Shown: piece after piece, positions 1-8,330 of the stretch
Layout: each line of letters opens with the position of its first letter
Position numbering within the stretch: the first letter of the stretch is position 1
Assembly (NCBI GenBank): GCA_944384395.1
Contig: CALWTD010000007.1
Location: 3,919 to 67,918 of the forward strand
From: an uncultured Clostridia bacterium
GTDB taxonomy: Bacteria; Bacillota; Clostridia; Christensenellales; UBA1242
DNA length: 64,000 nucleotides
Direction of reading: 5' to 3'
Notes under the pieces: model-generated
Database searches by the model: none
Told to the model about the DNA's origin: nothing
What the model saw: the letters and a program-made list of their open reading frames with translations, nothing else
Translations under genes and position numbers: made by a program

Positions 1-550
1 TAAAATGCTCGCAAGCTTCTTCTTTTGTTTTTATGCCATCAAAATATTGAATTAAACAAAGTGCCATATTTGAAATAATTGTAAACGAAATAATGTTTAT
101 ATCATACATTGAATTTAATTTTAGTTTGGACGCGTCAAAAATAAGTTCGCAAGGCTTTGTAAAATGGGTTTTAGATATATCGCTTGTTAAATACTTTATA
201 TATTTTGGTGTCATATTTCTTAACATAGCAACAACAAACTTTTGTTGGGGCGTATTATAAAATGACATAAAATAATTAAATAATTGTTTTGATAAATAAA
301 ATGGTTGAGAAGAGTTTAAAAACTTAACATTTTCTATGTATGGTTTTAAAATTTGCGAAACAAGATATTTGAATATATCTTCTTTATCATCAAAATAACA
401 ATACAAAGACGCCCTTGAAATCTCGGCTTTTTTGGCAATTAAAAAAATTGATGCTTTGTCATAAAAATTTTCTCCAAACTCTTTATATGCACAAGAAATA
501 ATTTTGTTCTGTTTTTCTTGTGGCAATTTAAAAAATGCTTCGTGTGGCAT
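1..550 (-). CDS. TetR/AcrR-family transcriptional regulator (C-terminal end runs off window)
   Basis: Own translation of the minus strand from the ATG at 550..548 gives MPHEAFFKLPQEKQNKIISCAYKEFGENFYDKASIFLIAKKAEISRASLYCYF..., a TetR-type N-terminal HTH. AGGAG lies upstream. The frame is open to position 1, and it is absent from the ORF track because there is no stop in the window. Confidence 0.8.
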   Translation of the reverse strand, partial: MPHEAFFKLPQEKQNKIISCAYKEFGENFYDKASIFLIAKKAEISRASLYCYFDDKEDIFKYLVSQILKPYIENVKFLNSSQPFYLSKQLFNYFMSFYNTPQQKFVVAMLRNMTPKYIKYLTSDISKTHFTKPCELIFDASKLKLNSMYDINIISFTIISNMALCLIQYFDGIKTKEEACEHF

Positions 551-659
551 AAATCACTCCTTTGACACTGTGTCAATGAATTAAAGTATAGGCATAAAAA
601 TAATATATGTCAAATAAATTAAAAGTGCTTTTAAATAAAAAACAATAAAAAAGCGACAA

Positions 660-2093
660 TTATTTTTGTCGATTTTTTATGTCATCTCTAACTGATATAT
701 TATTTGTTGAATTTTTTATAAGGGGTTGTTTTATGTTTGCGTATTTTTTAATTTTATCAATAATTTGTTTATTATTTTCGTTTGTAAATTCAATATAAAT
801 TCCTTTATTTTTTATGTCGTCAATAACAAGTTCTTGATTTTGTAATGTTATTCTAATTCTTGTTTTGTATACTTCTCCGTCAATTTTAAAAAACGCATTT
901 TGCATTGAATTTATAAAATCGTTTTCATCTTTAAATATTTTATAAAAATCTCCTTCTTTAATCAAAATATTTATTGGTCTAATTATTTTATTGTCGCTTC
1001 TGCTTTTTATTGCACCCTTGTGAACTAACGATGTAGGTAAGTATTCTTTTTTGTTTTCATCATATATTGTTCTAAGTCGCAACAAATTTTGCTTTGTGTC
1101 GTTTTCGTCTTTTCCACAAAAATAAATATCTCGTTGTTTTTCTTTTGAAATAACTTTTCCATATTTTAAAAGATTTTGTATTAAACTTGCATTTGTAATT
1201 TTAATTTTTTCTTTTGTATTGTAAAGTGTTCCACTTCTCATTTCACTAAAATTCATATTATTTTTAAAAACAAAAGTCGCTTTATCTTTGTTTACAAGTA
1301 TTGTGTTTATATAACTTGGGATTATGTACTTAAAGTATACACCTATTGTGAAACAATTATCACACGATGTGATTTTTGCATCTCGAAGCACTCTTCTTAA
1401 AAATAAGGTTTTTGCATCACTTTCAATAAAATTAAAAACAATTACTGATGATGGTATGTTTTTTATTAAACAATCTTCAAGCGCATATATTCCTTCAACT
1501 ATAATAACATCAATTTTGTTTCCAGCAATAAATGTTTTGCTTTCTTGTTGTTCGCTTATTATTTTTGAATATTTTTTTTCTTGTACCATCTTATTGTCTA
1601 TAATATCGTTGATATCTTTTGCCGTTTTATATAAATCATAAACAGATGGTTCATCAAAATTTATTACGCTAAATTCTTTTTGTAGACCTTTTAAAAACAA
1701 ATCTATATCTTTTTTATTTATTAAATTTTTAATTTTTGATTTTATTGTTTTTAAATTACTATCATTAAATTTATCGTTAAAATCAATGTCTATTATACAT
1801 TGTTTTATTATTTCTTTTATTTTTTCAATATTTTCTAATTGTCCATAAAAATAGTTTTGATTTACCTTGTCGGTTATAATTCCTGAAATACCTTTATTAT
1901 AACTGTCCGTTGAAATAATAACGCTATTAAGATTTTCTTCGCCAAGTGCTTGTTGCAAAACTTTTGCACAATAACTTTTGCCAGATGACGATGCTCCACT
2001 TAAAATTATTACGGCTTTTTTGTGATTTTCTAATATTTCTTGCACTCTGTCAATGTTGTAATACTTCCATTTGTTTAAACTTGATACTTCCAA
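660..2093 (-). CDS. Uridine-kinase-like P-loop NTPase fused to a C-terminal CYTH (CyaB/ThTPase-like) domain
   Basis: Walker A motif ILSGASSSGKSY is present and VIIVEGIYAL resembles Udk. The C-terminal QRDIYF..LRLR..KG..R..KTRIRI..VIDDIKNKGIYIEF pattern is typical of CYTH. Confidence 0.6.
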   Translation of the reverse strand: MEVSSLNKWKYYNIDRVQEILENHKKAVIILSGASSSGKSYCAKVLQQALGEENLNSVIISTDSYNKGISGIITDKVNQNYFYGQLENIEKIKEIIKQCIIDIDFNDKFNDSNLKTIKSKIKNLINKKDIDLFLKGLQKEFSVINFDEPSVYDLYKTAKDINDIIDNKMVQEKKYSKIISEQQESKTFIAGNKIDVIIVEGIYALEDCLIKNIPSSVIVFNFIESDAKTLFLRRVLRDAKITSCDNCFTIGVYFKYIIPSYINTILVNKDKATFVFKNNMNFSEMRSGTLYNTKEKIKITNASLIQNLLKYGKVISKEKQRDIYFCGKDENDTKQNLLRLRTIYDENKKEYLPTSLVHKGAIKSRSDNKIIRPINILIKEGDFYKIFKDENDFINSMQNAFFKIDGEVYKTRIRITLQNQELVIDDIKNKGIYIEFTNENNKQIIDKIKKYANIKQPLIKNSTNNISVRDDIKNRQK

Positions 2094-2160
2094 AATAACT
2101 CCTTATAAAATATGATATGCGTATTATATACACAACTTTAAACATTGTCAATAGTTATAT

Positions 2161-2186
2161 TAAAAAAAACAGGATAAAGCCTGTTT
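2161..2186 (-). terminator. Rho-independent terminator after 2187..2972
   Basis: On the minus strand, hairpin AACAGG/CCTGTT is followed by a T8 run. Confidence 0.6.
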
Positions 2187-2972
2187 TTATTGTGTGAGTT
2201 CGTCCTCTTGTTTTTGAAAATGTGTAATATTTTGTTGTTTTGGTGGCAAAGTAGGTGATTGTGTTTTAGTTTCGGTTATATTTGTTTGTTTAACAGTTTC
2301 TTTATTTTGTGTATTTTGCAAGGTTTGTTGTTGATTTTGTTGAGATTGTTCAACATTATTAACTTTAACTTGTGTTTTTGTATAAACTCTGTTTGCTCTA
2401 AAACGACAAGTGTTTAACATATTTTGAACTATAATTTGATTATTGGCTTTTTCATTAAATGTGTCTTTTAAAAGTTCACTAAGTTCGTTATCCAATCCAA
2501 ACAGTTCCATATACATTTTTAGTGCATTGGCATCTTTTTGTTTTAATTTGTTTATATCAACTTTTAAAAGTTCATTTCTATTTTTTAAAAAAACAATGGC
2601 TTTTTTTATTTGTTTTTTATCTTTTTCGCTTGTTGCATTTTCAAGTTCTTGCGTTAAATTATTTAAAATGGTATTGTCGTTTTCAATAGCGTTTTGAAAA
2701 TGTTTGCTAACTGTTTTATTAGAAAACTCCAAAAATGATTCAGGAAAAATTTCGTTGTTTGATTTTTTGTTTTCCAAAATGTCATTTGTGTATTCTTCGG
2801 TTAAAACAAAATCGTCATCAAAAGGGTTATATCCATCATTTTTATAACTATTGCCAAGTTCTTCATTATATAAGTTTAAAGCATTATAAACATCTACACT
2901 TTTGATATTTTGTTCAATAGTGCTACTGTGGTTTTCTAAATTTTGAACATTTGTGTCTTCAATTATTTTCAT
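2187..2972 (-). CDS. Hypothetical protein with a Q/N/T-rich C-terminal tail
   Basis: 261-aa ORF with no recognised motif and a low-complexity QQNQQQTLQNTQNKE tail. Confidence 0.55.
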   Translation of the reverse strand: MKIIEDTNVQNLENHSSTIEQNIKSVDVYNALNLYNEELGNSYKNDGYNPFDDDFVLTEEYTNDILENKKSNNEIFPESFLEFSNKTVSKHFQNAIENDNTILNNLTQELENATSEKDKKQIKKAIVFLKNRNELLKVDINKLKQKDANALKMYMELFGLDNELSELLKDTFNEKANNQIIVQNMLNTCRFRANRVYTKTQVKVNNVEQSQQNQQQTLQNTQNKETVKQTNITETKTQSPTLPPKQQNITHFQKQEDELTQ

Positions 2973-3095
2973 ATTCTAATTTTAATAAATATTGTCTTGA
3001 AAGTCAAGGTTTAAACCATAAGTTTGAGTGTTAAAATATTTTTATTATTGGCATTATATTGAGTTATTATTTTTATAAATAATTATCAAAATAGA

Positions 3096-3124
3096 TTGAC
3101 AAGCGTAACTTTGTGTGTTATTAT
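3096..3124 (+). promoter_or_regulatory. Sigma-70-type promoter of the rpmG-secE-nusG cluster
   Basis: TTGACA (3096-3101), a 17-nt spacer, then TG-n-TATTAT (3119-3124). Confidence 0.6.
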
Positions 3125-3187
3125 GCTTATGCACTTCAAAGTTGGGGTGTATTTTTTAAGTTAAAAATTTTAAGGAGAAAGATAATC

Positions 3188-3349
3188 ATGGCAAATCCAA
3201 CAAGAACATTAGTAACACTTGCTTGCACAGAATGTAAAGAAAGAAATTATTCAACAAGCAAAAATAAAAGAAGCCAACCAGAAAGAATTGAAATTTCTAA
3301 ATATTGTCCAAGATGTAATAAACACACACTTCACAAAGAAACAAAATAA
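3188..3349 (+). CDS. rpmG: 50S ribosomal protein L33
   Basis: [64 protein letters not shown] upstream. This is the internal ATG of ORF 3113..3349. Confidence 0.95.
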   Translation: MANPTRTLVTLACTECKERNYSTSKNKRSQPERIEISKYCPRCNKHTLHKETK

Positions 3350-3359
3350 GGAGTTTTAT

Positions 3360-3752
3360 ATGGCAAACAAAAAAAAGAAAAAATCTTCAAATGTAAAAAA
3401 TACAAACTCACAAAATGTTAATGTTGATGCAGTTGAGGAAACAACAAAAGAAGTTTCAAATCAGTCAAACGATAATGTATCTAATGCCACAACTAAACAA
3501 AAAACACAAAAAAAAGAAAATCAACCAAAACAAAAACCAAAAAAGGTAAAAGAAAAAACAACACCAAAACTTATTAAAAAAGTAAAAGAAACAACAAGTG
3601 AACTTAAAAAAGTAACATGGCCAACAGCAGGTACAGTTGTTAAAAAAACAGGAGTTGTTTTAACTTTTGTTATTGTGTTTGGACTTGTTCTTTTTGGTAT
3701 AGATAGATTATTGGCATGGTTGTTTGAACTATTAACAACAAGCATAGCGTAG
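3360..3752 (+). CDS. secE: Preprotein translocase subunit SecE with a long Lys/Asn/Gln-rich N-terminal extension
   Basis: C-terminal LKKVTWPT..VVKKTGVVLTFVIVFGLVLFGIDRLL single TM segment. Positioned between rpmG and nusG. ATG at 3360 follows AAGGAG. Confidence 0.85.
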   Translation: MANKKKKKSSNVKNTNSQNVNVDAVEETTKEVSNQSNDNVSNATTKQKTQKKENQPKQKPKKVKEKTTPKLIKKVKETTSELKKVTWPTAGTVVKKTGVVLTFVIVFGLVLFGIDRLLAWLFELLTTSIA

Positions 3753-3760
3753 GAGATATT

Positions 3761-4288
3761 ATGGAAAATATGGAACCAAAATGGTATGTACTGCACACAT
3801 ATTCAGGATATGAAAATGTAGCAAAAGAAAATCTTGAAACTATGACAATAAAGTACGGTCTTGAAAATAGAATATTTGACATTGTCATTCCTATGGAAAA
3901 TGTGATTGTAGAAAAAAACGGAAAGAAAAAATTAACACAAAGAAAAACAATGCCGGGCTATCTTTTAGTAAAAATGATATATGGCGATGACATTTGGCAC
4001 AATGTTACAAGAACAAGAGGTGTTACAGGTTTCACCGGGCCAAAGGGAAGACCACTTGAACTAACACCAGAAGAAGTTCAAAGAATGCACCTTGAAAGAA
4101 TAACTGTTGAAAGTGATTTAAGTGTTGGTGACAAAGTTGAAGTAATAGACGGACCACTTTCAAGTATGATTGGAACAATTTTAGAAGTTGATCAACAAAA
4201 TTCAAGGTATAAAGTAAATGTAGAGATGTTTGGAAGAGAAACACCTGTAGATTTAGATTATACCCAAGTATTAAAAGTAAAAGATTAA
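3761..4288 (+). CDS. nusG: Transcription termination/antitermination factor NusG
   Basis: WYVLHTYSGYENVAKENLE is NGN-like, and GDKVEVIDGPLSSMIGTILEVD is a C-terminal KOW motif. Confidence 0.95.
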   Translation: MENMEPKWYVLHTYSGYENVAKENLETMTIKYGLENRIFDIVIPMENVIVEKNGKKKLTQRKTMPGYLLVKMIYGDDIWHNVTRTRGVTGFTGPKGRPLELTPEEVQRMHLERITVESDLSVGDKVEVIDGPLSSMIGTILEVDQQNSRYKVNVEMFGRETPVDLDYTQVLKVKD

Positions 4289-4387
4289 TTTGATTTTACC
4301 AAGGCAAAACCTTGTTAAAATATATAAAGTGGGAGAAGTGTAAATTTTTCATGCATTTCAATAACACCACAAAGGAGGATTTATTTT

Positions 4388-4816
4388 ATGGCAGCAAAAA
4401 AATTAAATGCAATCGTAAAATTGCAATTGCCAGCAGGTAAAGCCACACCAGGACCACCAGTAGGTTCATCTCTAGGACCACATGGAATAAACATTGCGGC
4501 ATTTACCAAAGAATTTAATGATAAGACAGCATCTCAAGCAGGACTTATCATACCAGTAGTGATTTCAATATACCAAGACAGGTCATTTGATTTCGTACTC
4601 AAAACTCCACCAGCAGCCGTGCTTATTAAAAAAGCATTAAAAATTGAAACTGCTTCTGGAAAACCAAACAAACAAAAAGTCGGAAAATTAACTATGGCAC
4701 AAGTTCGTGAAATTGCCGAAACAAAAATGCCAGACCTAAATGCTTCAAGTGTTGAACAAGCAATGTCAATGATAATTGGCACAGCAAAGAGCATGGGGGT
4801 TACAGTTGAAGAGTAG
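4388..4816 (+). CDS. rplK: 50S ribosomal protein L11
   Basis: [27 protein letters not shown] matches L11. AAGGAGG RBS upstream. Confidence 0.97.
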   Translation: MAAKKLNAIVKLQLPAGKATPGPPVGSSLGPHGINIAAFTKEFNDKTASQAGLIIPVVISIYQDRSFDFVLKTPPAAVLIKKALKIETASGKPNKQKVGKLTMAQVREIAETKMPDLNASSVEQAMSMIIGTAKSMGVTVEE

Positions 4817-4856
4817 TGGGAGAGTTTAATTCTCGAAAGTACCACAGGAGGTAAAA

Positions 4857-5543
4857 ATGAAAAAGGGTAAAAGATACCTAAGTATTAAAAATCAAATAGA
4901 CAACTCTAAACTCTATGATGTTGAAGAAGGAATAAACCTTTTAGTAAACGGAGCAAAAGCAAAATTTGATGAAACAGTAGAACTTCATGTACGCTTGGGC
5001 GTTGATGGAAGAAATGCAGACCAACAAGTTCGTGGTGTTGTTGTTCTTCCAAACGGAACAGGTAAAAAAGTTAAAGTTCTCGTAATTGCAAGAGGCGACA
5101 AAGCAAAAGAAGCCGAAGAAGCAGGTGCTGATGTTGTTGGTGCAGAAGATATTGTATCAAAAATTGCATCTGAAAATTGGTTAGACTTTGATGTTTGTAT
5201 AACAACTCCAGATATGATGGGTGTTGTTGGTAGAATAGCAAGAGTACTTGGACCAAAAGGCTTAATGCCAAACCCAAAGAGTGGAACTGTTACAATGGAT
5301 GTTAAAAAAGCTATTAGCGATGTTAAAGCAGGTAAAGTTGAATATCGTTTAGACAAAGCAAACAATGTTCATGTTGTAATAGGAAAATTAAGCTTTGGAA
5401 CAGAAAAACTTGTAGAAAACTACAATGCTTTAATAAATGCAATAATTAAAGCAAAACCAGCAGCAGCAAAAGGACAATATATTAAAAATGTTGTTGTTGC
5501 AAGCAGTATGGGACCTGGAGTAAAACTTAACACTCGTTTTTAA
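4857..5543 (+). CDS. rplA: 50S ribosomal protein L1
   Basis: [32 protein letters not shown] matches L1. GGAGG RBS upstream. Confidence 0.97.
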   Translation: MKKGKRYLSIKNQIDNSKLYDVEEGINLLVNGAKAKFDETVELHVRLGVDGRNADQQVRGVVVLPNGTGKKVKVLVIARGDKAKEAEEAGADVVGAEDIVSKIASENWLDFDVCITTPDMMGVVGRIARVLGPKGLMPNPKSGTVTMDVKKAISDVKAGKVEYRLDKANNVHVVIGKLSFGTEKLVENYNALINAIIKAKPAAAKGQYIKNVVVASSMGPGVKLNTRF

Positions 5544-5545
5544 TC

Positions 5546-5582
5546 AAAAAAAAATAATCACAGATTGTGGTTATTTTTTTTG
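5546..5582. terminator. Bidirectional rho-independent terminator (rplA / 5587..6084)
   Basis: Hairpin AATAATCACA/TGTGGTTATT is flanked by an A-run upstream and a T-run downstream. Confidence 0.75.
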
Positions 5583-5586
5583 TGTT

Positions 5587-6084
5587 TTATAATGATAAAT
5601 CTTCTGTTTCTTCTTTATCTGTATTTTCTGCTTTTTGTTCCTTTTCAATTTTTTTCCAATATTTTTTATAGTCGTTTACGTATTCTTTTCCAAATTTTTT
5701 AACCATATACTCATGATATGTTTTTTCCAATTTTATATCTATGTCGTTATTTCCATCATCAGAATAACTTATCTGATATATACAAAAATCTTCAATAAAA
5801 ATTATAGCGCTTTCATAAATTAAATCAGCATTGCTCATAGTATCAAAAAGTATGTGAGATGCTGGTAAATTTTTATAAATCATATGCATGATTTCATCTC
5901 TTATGTTATATTTATCTTTTGTTTTTTCATGCTTGCATCTAACAAAAATAAATTTACTATCTCTTTCTATAGCAGGCAAATTGTTTCCATTTCTATTTGT
6001 TAAGTCTTCAAAAAGTGAGATATTATTTTGTTTTAAAATATTTTTAATGTCATCATCTGTTAAAAGTTCTATATAATTTTTCAT
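5587..6084 (-). CDS. Hypothetical acidic cytoplasmic protein
   Basis: 165-aa ORF. RBS GGAG on the minus strand (AGGAGATTTGTATG). No recognised motif. Confidence 0.55.
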   Translation of the reverse strand: MKNYIELLTDDDIKNILKQNNISLFEDLTNRNGNNLPAIERDSKFIFVRCKHEKTKDKYNIRDEIMHMIYKNLPASHILFDTMSNADLIYESAIIFIEDFCIYQISYSDDGNNDIDIKLEKTYHEYMVKKFGKEYVNDYKKYWKKIEKEQKAENTDKEETEDLSL

Positions 6085-6118
6085 ACAAATCTCCTAAAAA
6101 AGAGTATCATATAAAAAA

Positions 6119-6886
6119 TTAAGTGTCAATATTAGATTTTTTTGTTTTGTATTTTGCAAAAAATTTAAACATAATCATATAAATAAAACCAATAATTATT
6201 AATGCTAAAATTAAAACAACTACAGTCCAAAAATAATTTGTGATTCCAAACATTTTGCCAAAAGATTTTGCATCAAAAATTACATAAGGATACCATTCTA
6301 TTATGTATGAAAATTTGCCTGTCATTTTTACAATTATATAATAAACAATTAAATAACAAATAGGAAAATAACACAAAATTTTATTTTTAGATTCAGATGC
6401 GTTTATTTTTAAAAACAAAATAAGAGCAAAAATAAAGTATATATAATGAGTAATTATATTTGTACCCAAATTGTGATAAGCAAAAGGTACATTTGCATAT
6501 AAACCAAAAGTGATGTTGCCAGATGTTAGTTCAAAAAATGTATATAAAACGGCAGTTACAACATAATTTGTAAAAACAAAACTCATAACATAAGCATTTG
6601 TTAAAAAAGAGTGTAGTTTTTTAAAATTAAAAAAGTTTGAAATTGCAAAACCTATACACCATAATGAGAAAAAAATTAAAGTGTGATATGTAAAAAAAGA
6701 TAAATCTGCCCACATAGAAACAACATTGGTTCCATAATAGAATTTTATGTCAGGGTTGTTTGCATAAAAATAATCAGGAAAAGAAAAATGTAGCATATGA
6801 CTCAAAAAAAGCCATAAACCAACAAAACCGCAAAATAATATTAAAATATTATAAAAATATTTGTAAAATTTAGTTTTTTCTTTCAT
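6119..6886 (-). CDS. Integral membrane protein (multi-pass)
   Basis: 255-aa ORF with about 8 hydrophobic segments rich in F/Y/I/L. Confidence 0.6.
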   Translation of the reverse strand: MKEKTKFYKYFYNILILFCGFVGLWLFLSHMLHFSFPDYFYANNPDIKFYYGTNVVSMWADLSFFTYHTLIFFSLWCIGFAISNFFNFKKLHSFLTNAYVMSFVFTNYVVTAVLYTFFELTSGNITFGLYANVPFAYHNLGTNIITHYIYFIFALILFLKINASESKNKILCYFPICYLIVYYIIVKMTGKFSYIIEWYPYVIFDAKSFGKMFGITNYFWTVVVLILALIIIGFIYMIMFKFFAKYKTKKSNIDT

Positions 6887-6965
6887 TTAATACATAATAT
6901 CATAAAAGTTATTAAAATACTATATAAATTTAATATTTAATTTGCTAGGTCTATAATAACTTTTT

Positions 6966-7378
6966 TTAATTTAATGCATAAGTTAAAGTTTTTCTTGCTC
7001 CGCCCCAAGAATATTTTACATATGAAAAAATTATATCTGATTGTTCTACAATCCATTAATTTTATAAAAAATTGCAAATTTTTGTGGTACAAATTCCAAA
7101 GAGGGGTAAATAATTTCATCATAATTTTTTTTTAAAAAACTCATTTTTGTTGTCGTTATATTTATGTATGGTGTTATATAAAAAAGTTTTGAATTTGGAT
7201 TTGTTTTTTTATATTTTGTGCAGGCAATTCTAGCAATTTCGTCAAAATCACCATACCCTCCTAAATAAAATTCTACATTATCATTTTTTTTAATAATTTT
7301 GTTTAAATAAAATGTTATTTTTTTTAATATTTCTTCTTGACAAAAGATATCTCTATGACCACAAAAACTAATAACCAT
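6966..7378 (-). pseudogene. SLOG/DUF1273-family protein, interrupted by a 1-nt frameshift near 7046-7050
   Basis: The N-terminal frame reads MVISFCGHRDI..VEFYLGGYGDFDEIA..FAIFYKINGL*. Another frame continues directly as WIVEQSDIIFSYVKYSWGGARKTLTYALN*, which is the conserved family C-terminus (RN.WmVd.sD..i.Y....GGa..T..YA). Confidence 0.7.
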
Positions 7379-7479
7379 ACTTTATTATATAATATTATTT
7401 TCAATAAAATCAAATAAATGCTAAACATAGCAGTATTTTGTTTTTTATTTTACATATAATTCTCTACAAAGGAGAAAAA

Positions 7480-7719
7480 ATGAAAATACAAGATGCTATT
7501 ATATTACGCATTGAACAATTATGTATTGAACGTAATATGACAAAATATGATTTGTTTAAAGCAAGTGGAGTACCACAAAGTACACTGACATCCATAAAAA
7601 AGAAAAGAAGTGGTTCGGTTAAAATTATAACATTATATTGGATATGTGAAGGATTTGAAATATCTCTTGAAGAATTTCTTCAATCTCCATTATTTAAAAG
7701 GGAAAATATAGATGAGTAA
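7480..7719 (+). CDS. XRE-family helix-turn-helix transcriptional regulator
   Basis: MKIQDAIILRIEQLCIERNMTKYDLFKASGVPQSTLTSIKK is an HTH_3-type sequence. AAAGGAGAAAAA precedes the ATG at 7480. Confidence 0.8.
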   Translation: MKIQDAIILRIEQLCIERNMTKYDLFKASGVPQSTLTSIKKKRSGSVKIITLYWICEGFEISLEEFLQSPLFKRENIDE

Positions 7720-8075
7720 TTATCTTTATGCAAAATTTGTAAGATAATTGTATCGCTTTTTTGCTCGGTTTTTCCTTTCCCCAAAAAGTTTCCGTTGGTA
7801 CTTTTTGGGGCCCCAATTATGCTTGTTTAAGGGGCATAAAAATTAAACATTAAAAAACTTTGCAATACTTCGTTTACTGCGTAATTTACCACACAGTCAT
7901 TTAGAAAACTAAACTCCTGCATGGATAAATTACGCGAGCCTTGTCTTGCTTTGTTTTTTAATGTTTTAAATATAAAAAAATGCAACGGCACATTAAGAAA
8001 CAACTATATAAGTCGCGACAAAATGCTTTACCTGTAAAGCATTTTCGTTTGGTCGCGAGAGAAGAGAAAAAACAA

Positions 8076-8130
8076 GCGCCAAGCACTATGTTTTGCCAAG
8101 TAGCAAAACTGTGCATTAGCGCAGTTTTTT
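8076..8130. terminator. Long nested hairpin with T-runs on both strands (terminator of tRNA-Leu)
   Basis: Nested stems GCGC..GCAC..GTTTTGC / GCAAAAC..GTGC..GCGC. The plus strand continues AGTTTTTT and the minus strand continues TTGTTTTTT. Confidence 0.7.
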
Positions 8131-8135
8131 CTCTA

Positions 8136-8217
8136 TGGTGCGAGTGACGGGACTTGAACCCATACTCTTTCGAACTTGCCCCTTAAACAAGCGCGTCTGC
8201 CATTCCGCCACACTCGC
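8136..8217 (-). tRNA. tRNA-Leu, anticodon AAG by hand fold (class II, long variable arm, CCA encoded)
   Basis: Minus-strand sequence is GCGAGTG-TG-GCG..CGC-G-CTTGT-TTAAGGG-GCAAG-(13-nt variable arm)-ATGGG-TTCAAGT-CCCGT-CACTCGC-A-CCA. Loop positions 34-36 are AAG, with G37. Confidence 0.8.
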
Positions 8218-8232
8218 ACATCAACATTTTAA

Positions 8233-8261
8233 ATAATATCACTTGCTTTTTTTATTGTCAA
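8233..8261 (-). promoter_or_regulatory. Sigma-70 promoter of tRNA-Leu
   Basis: On the minus strand, TTGACA, a 17-nt spacer, then TATTAT, ending about 15 nt upstream of the mature tRNA 5' end. Confidence 0.7.
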
Positions 8262-8330
8262 GTGAAAATTATTTTTTTGTAAACTTATTATAAATTTGAC
8301 TTTTTTGTTTTTTTGTTGCATCATTGTGTC

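Noticed and set aside
4985-5365. Antisense or overlapping ORFs in the track inside conserved genes (for example 4985..5365, 4534..4845, 24086..24397, 39572..39952, 40720..41121, 21802..22368, 50658..51158, 1324..1641)
   Set aside because: They lie opposite or out of frame to well-supported housekeeping genes, have skewed low-complexity composition and lack RBSs. They are typical shadow ORFs of AT-rich DNA.
7720-8135. Assignment of the structured spacer to tmRNA, RNase P RNA, SRP RNA or 6S RNA
   Set aside because: I could not find the defining motifs. There is no GAGGAAAGTCC-type P4 strand, no tRNA-like 3' end other than the bona fide tRNA-Leu, and no GGAAGCAGCC SRP domain IV. It is left as unassigned rather than named.
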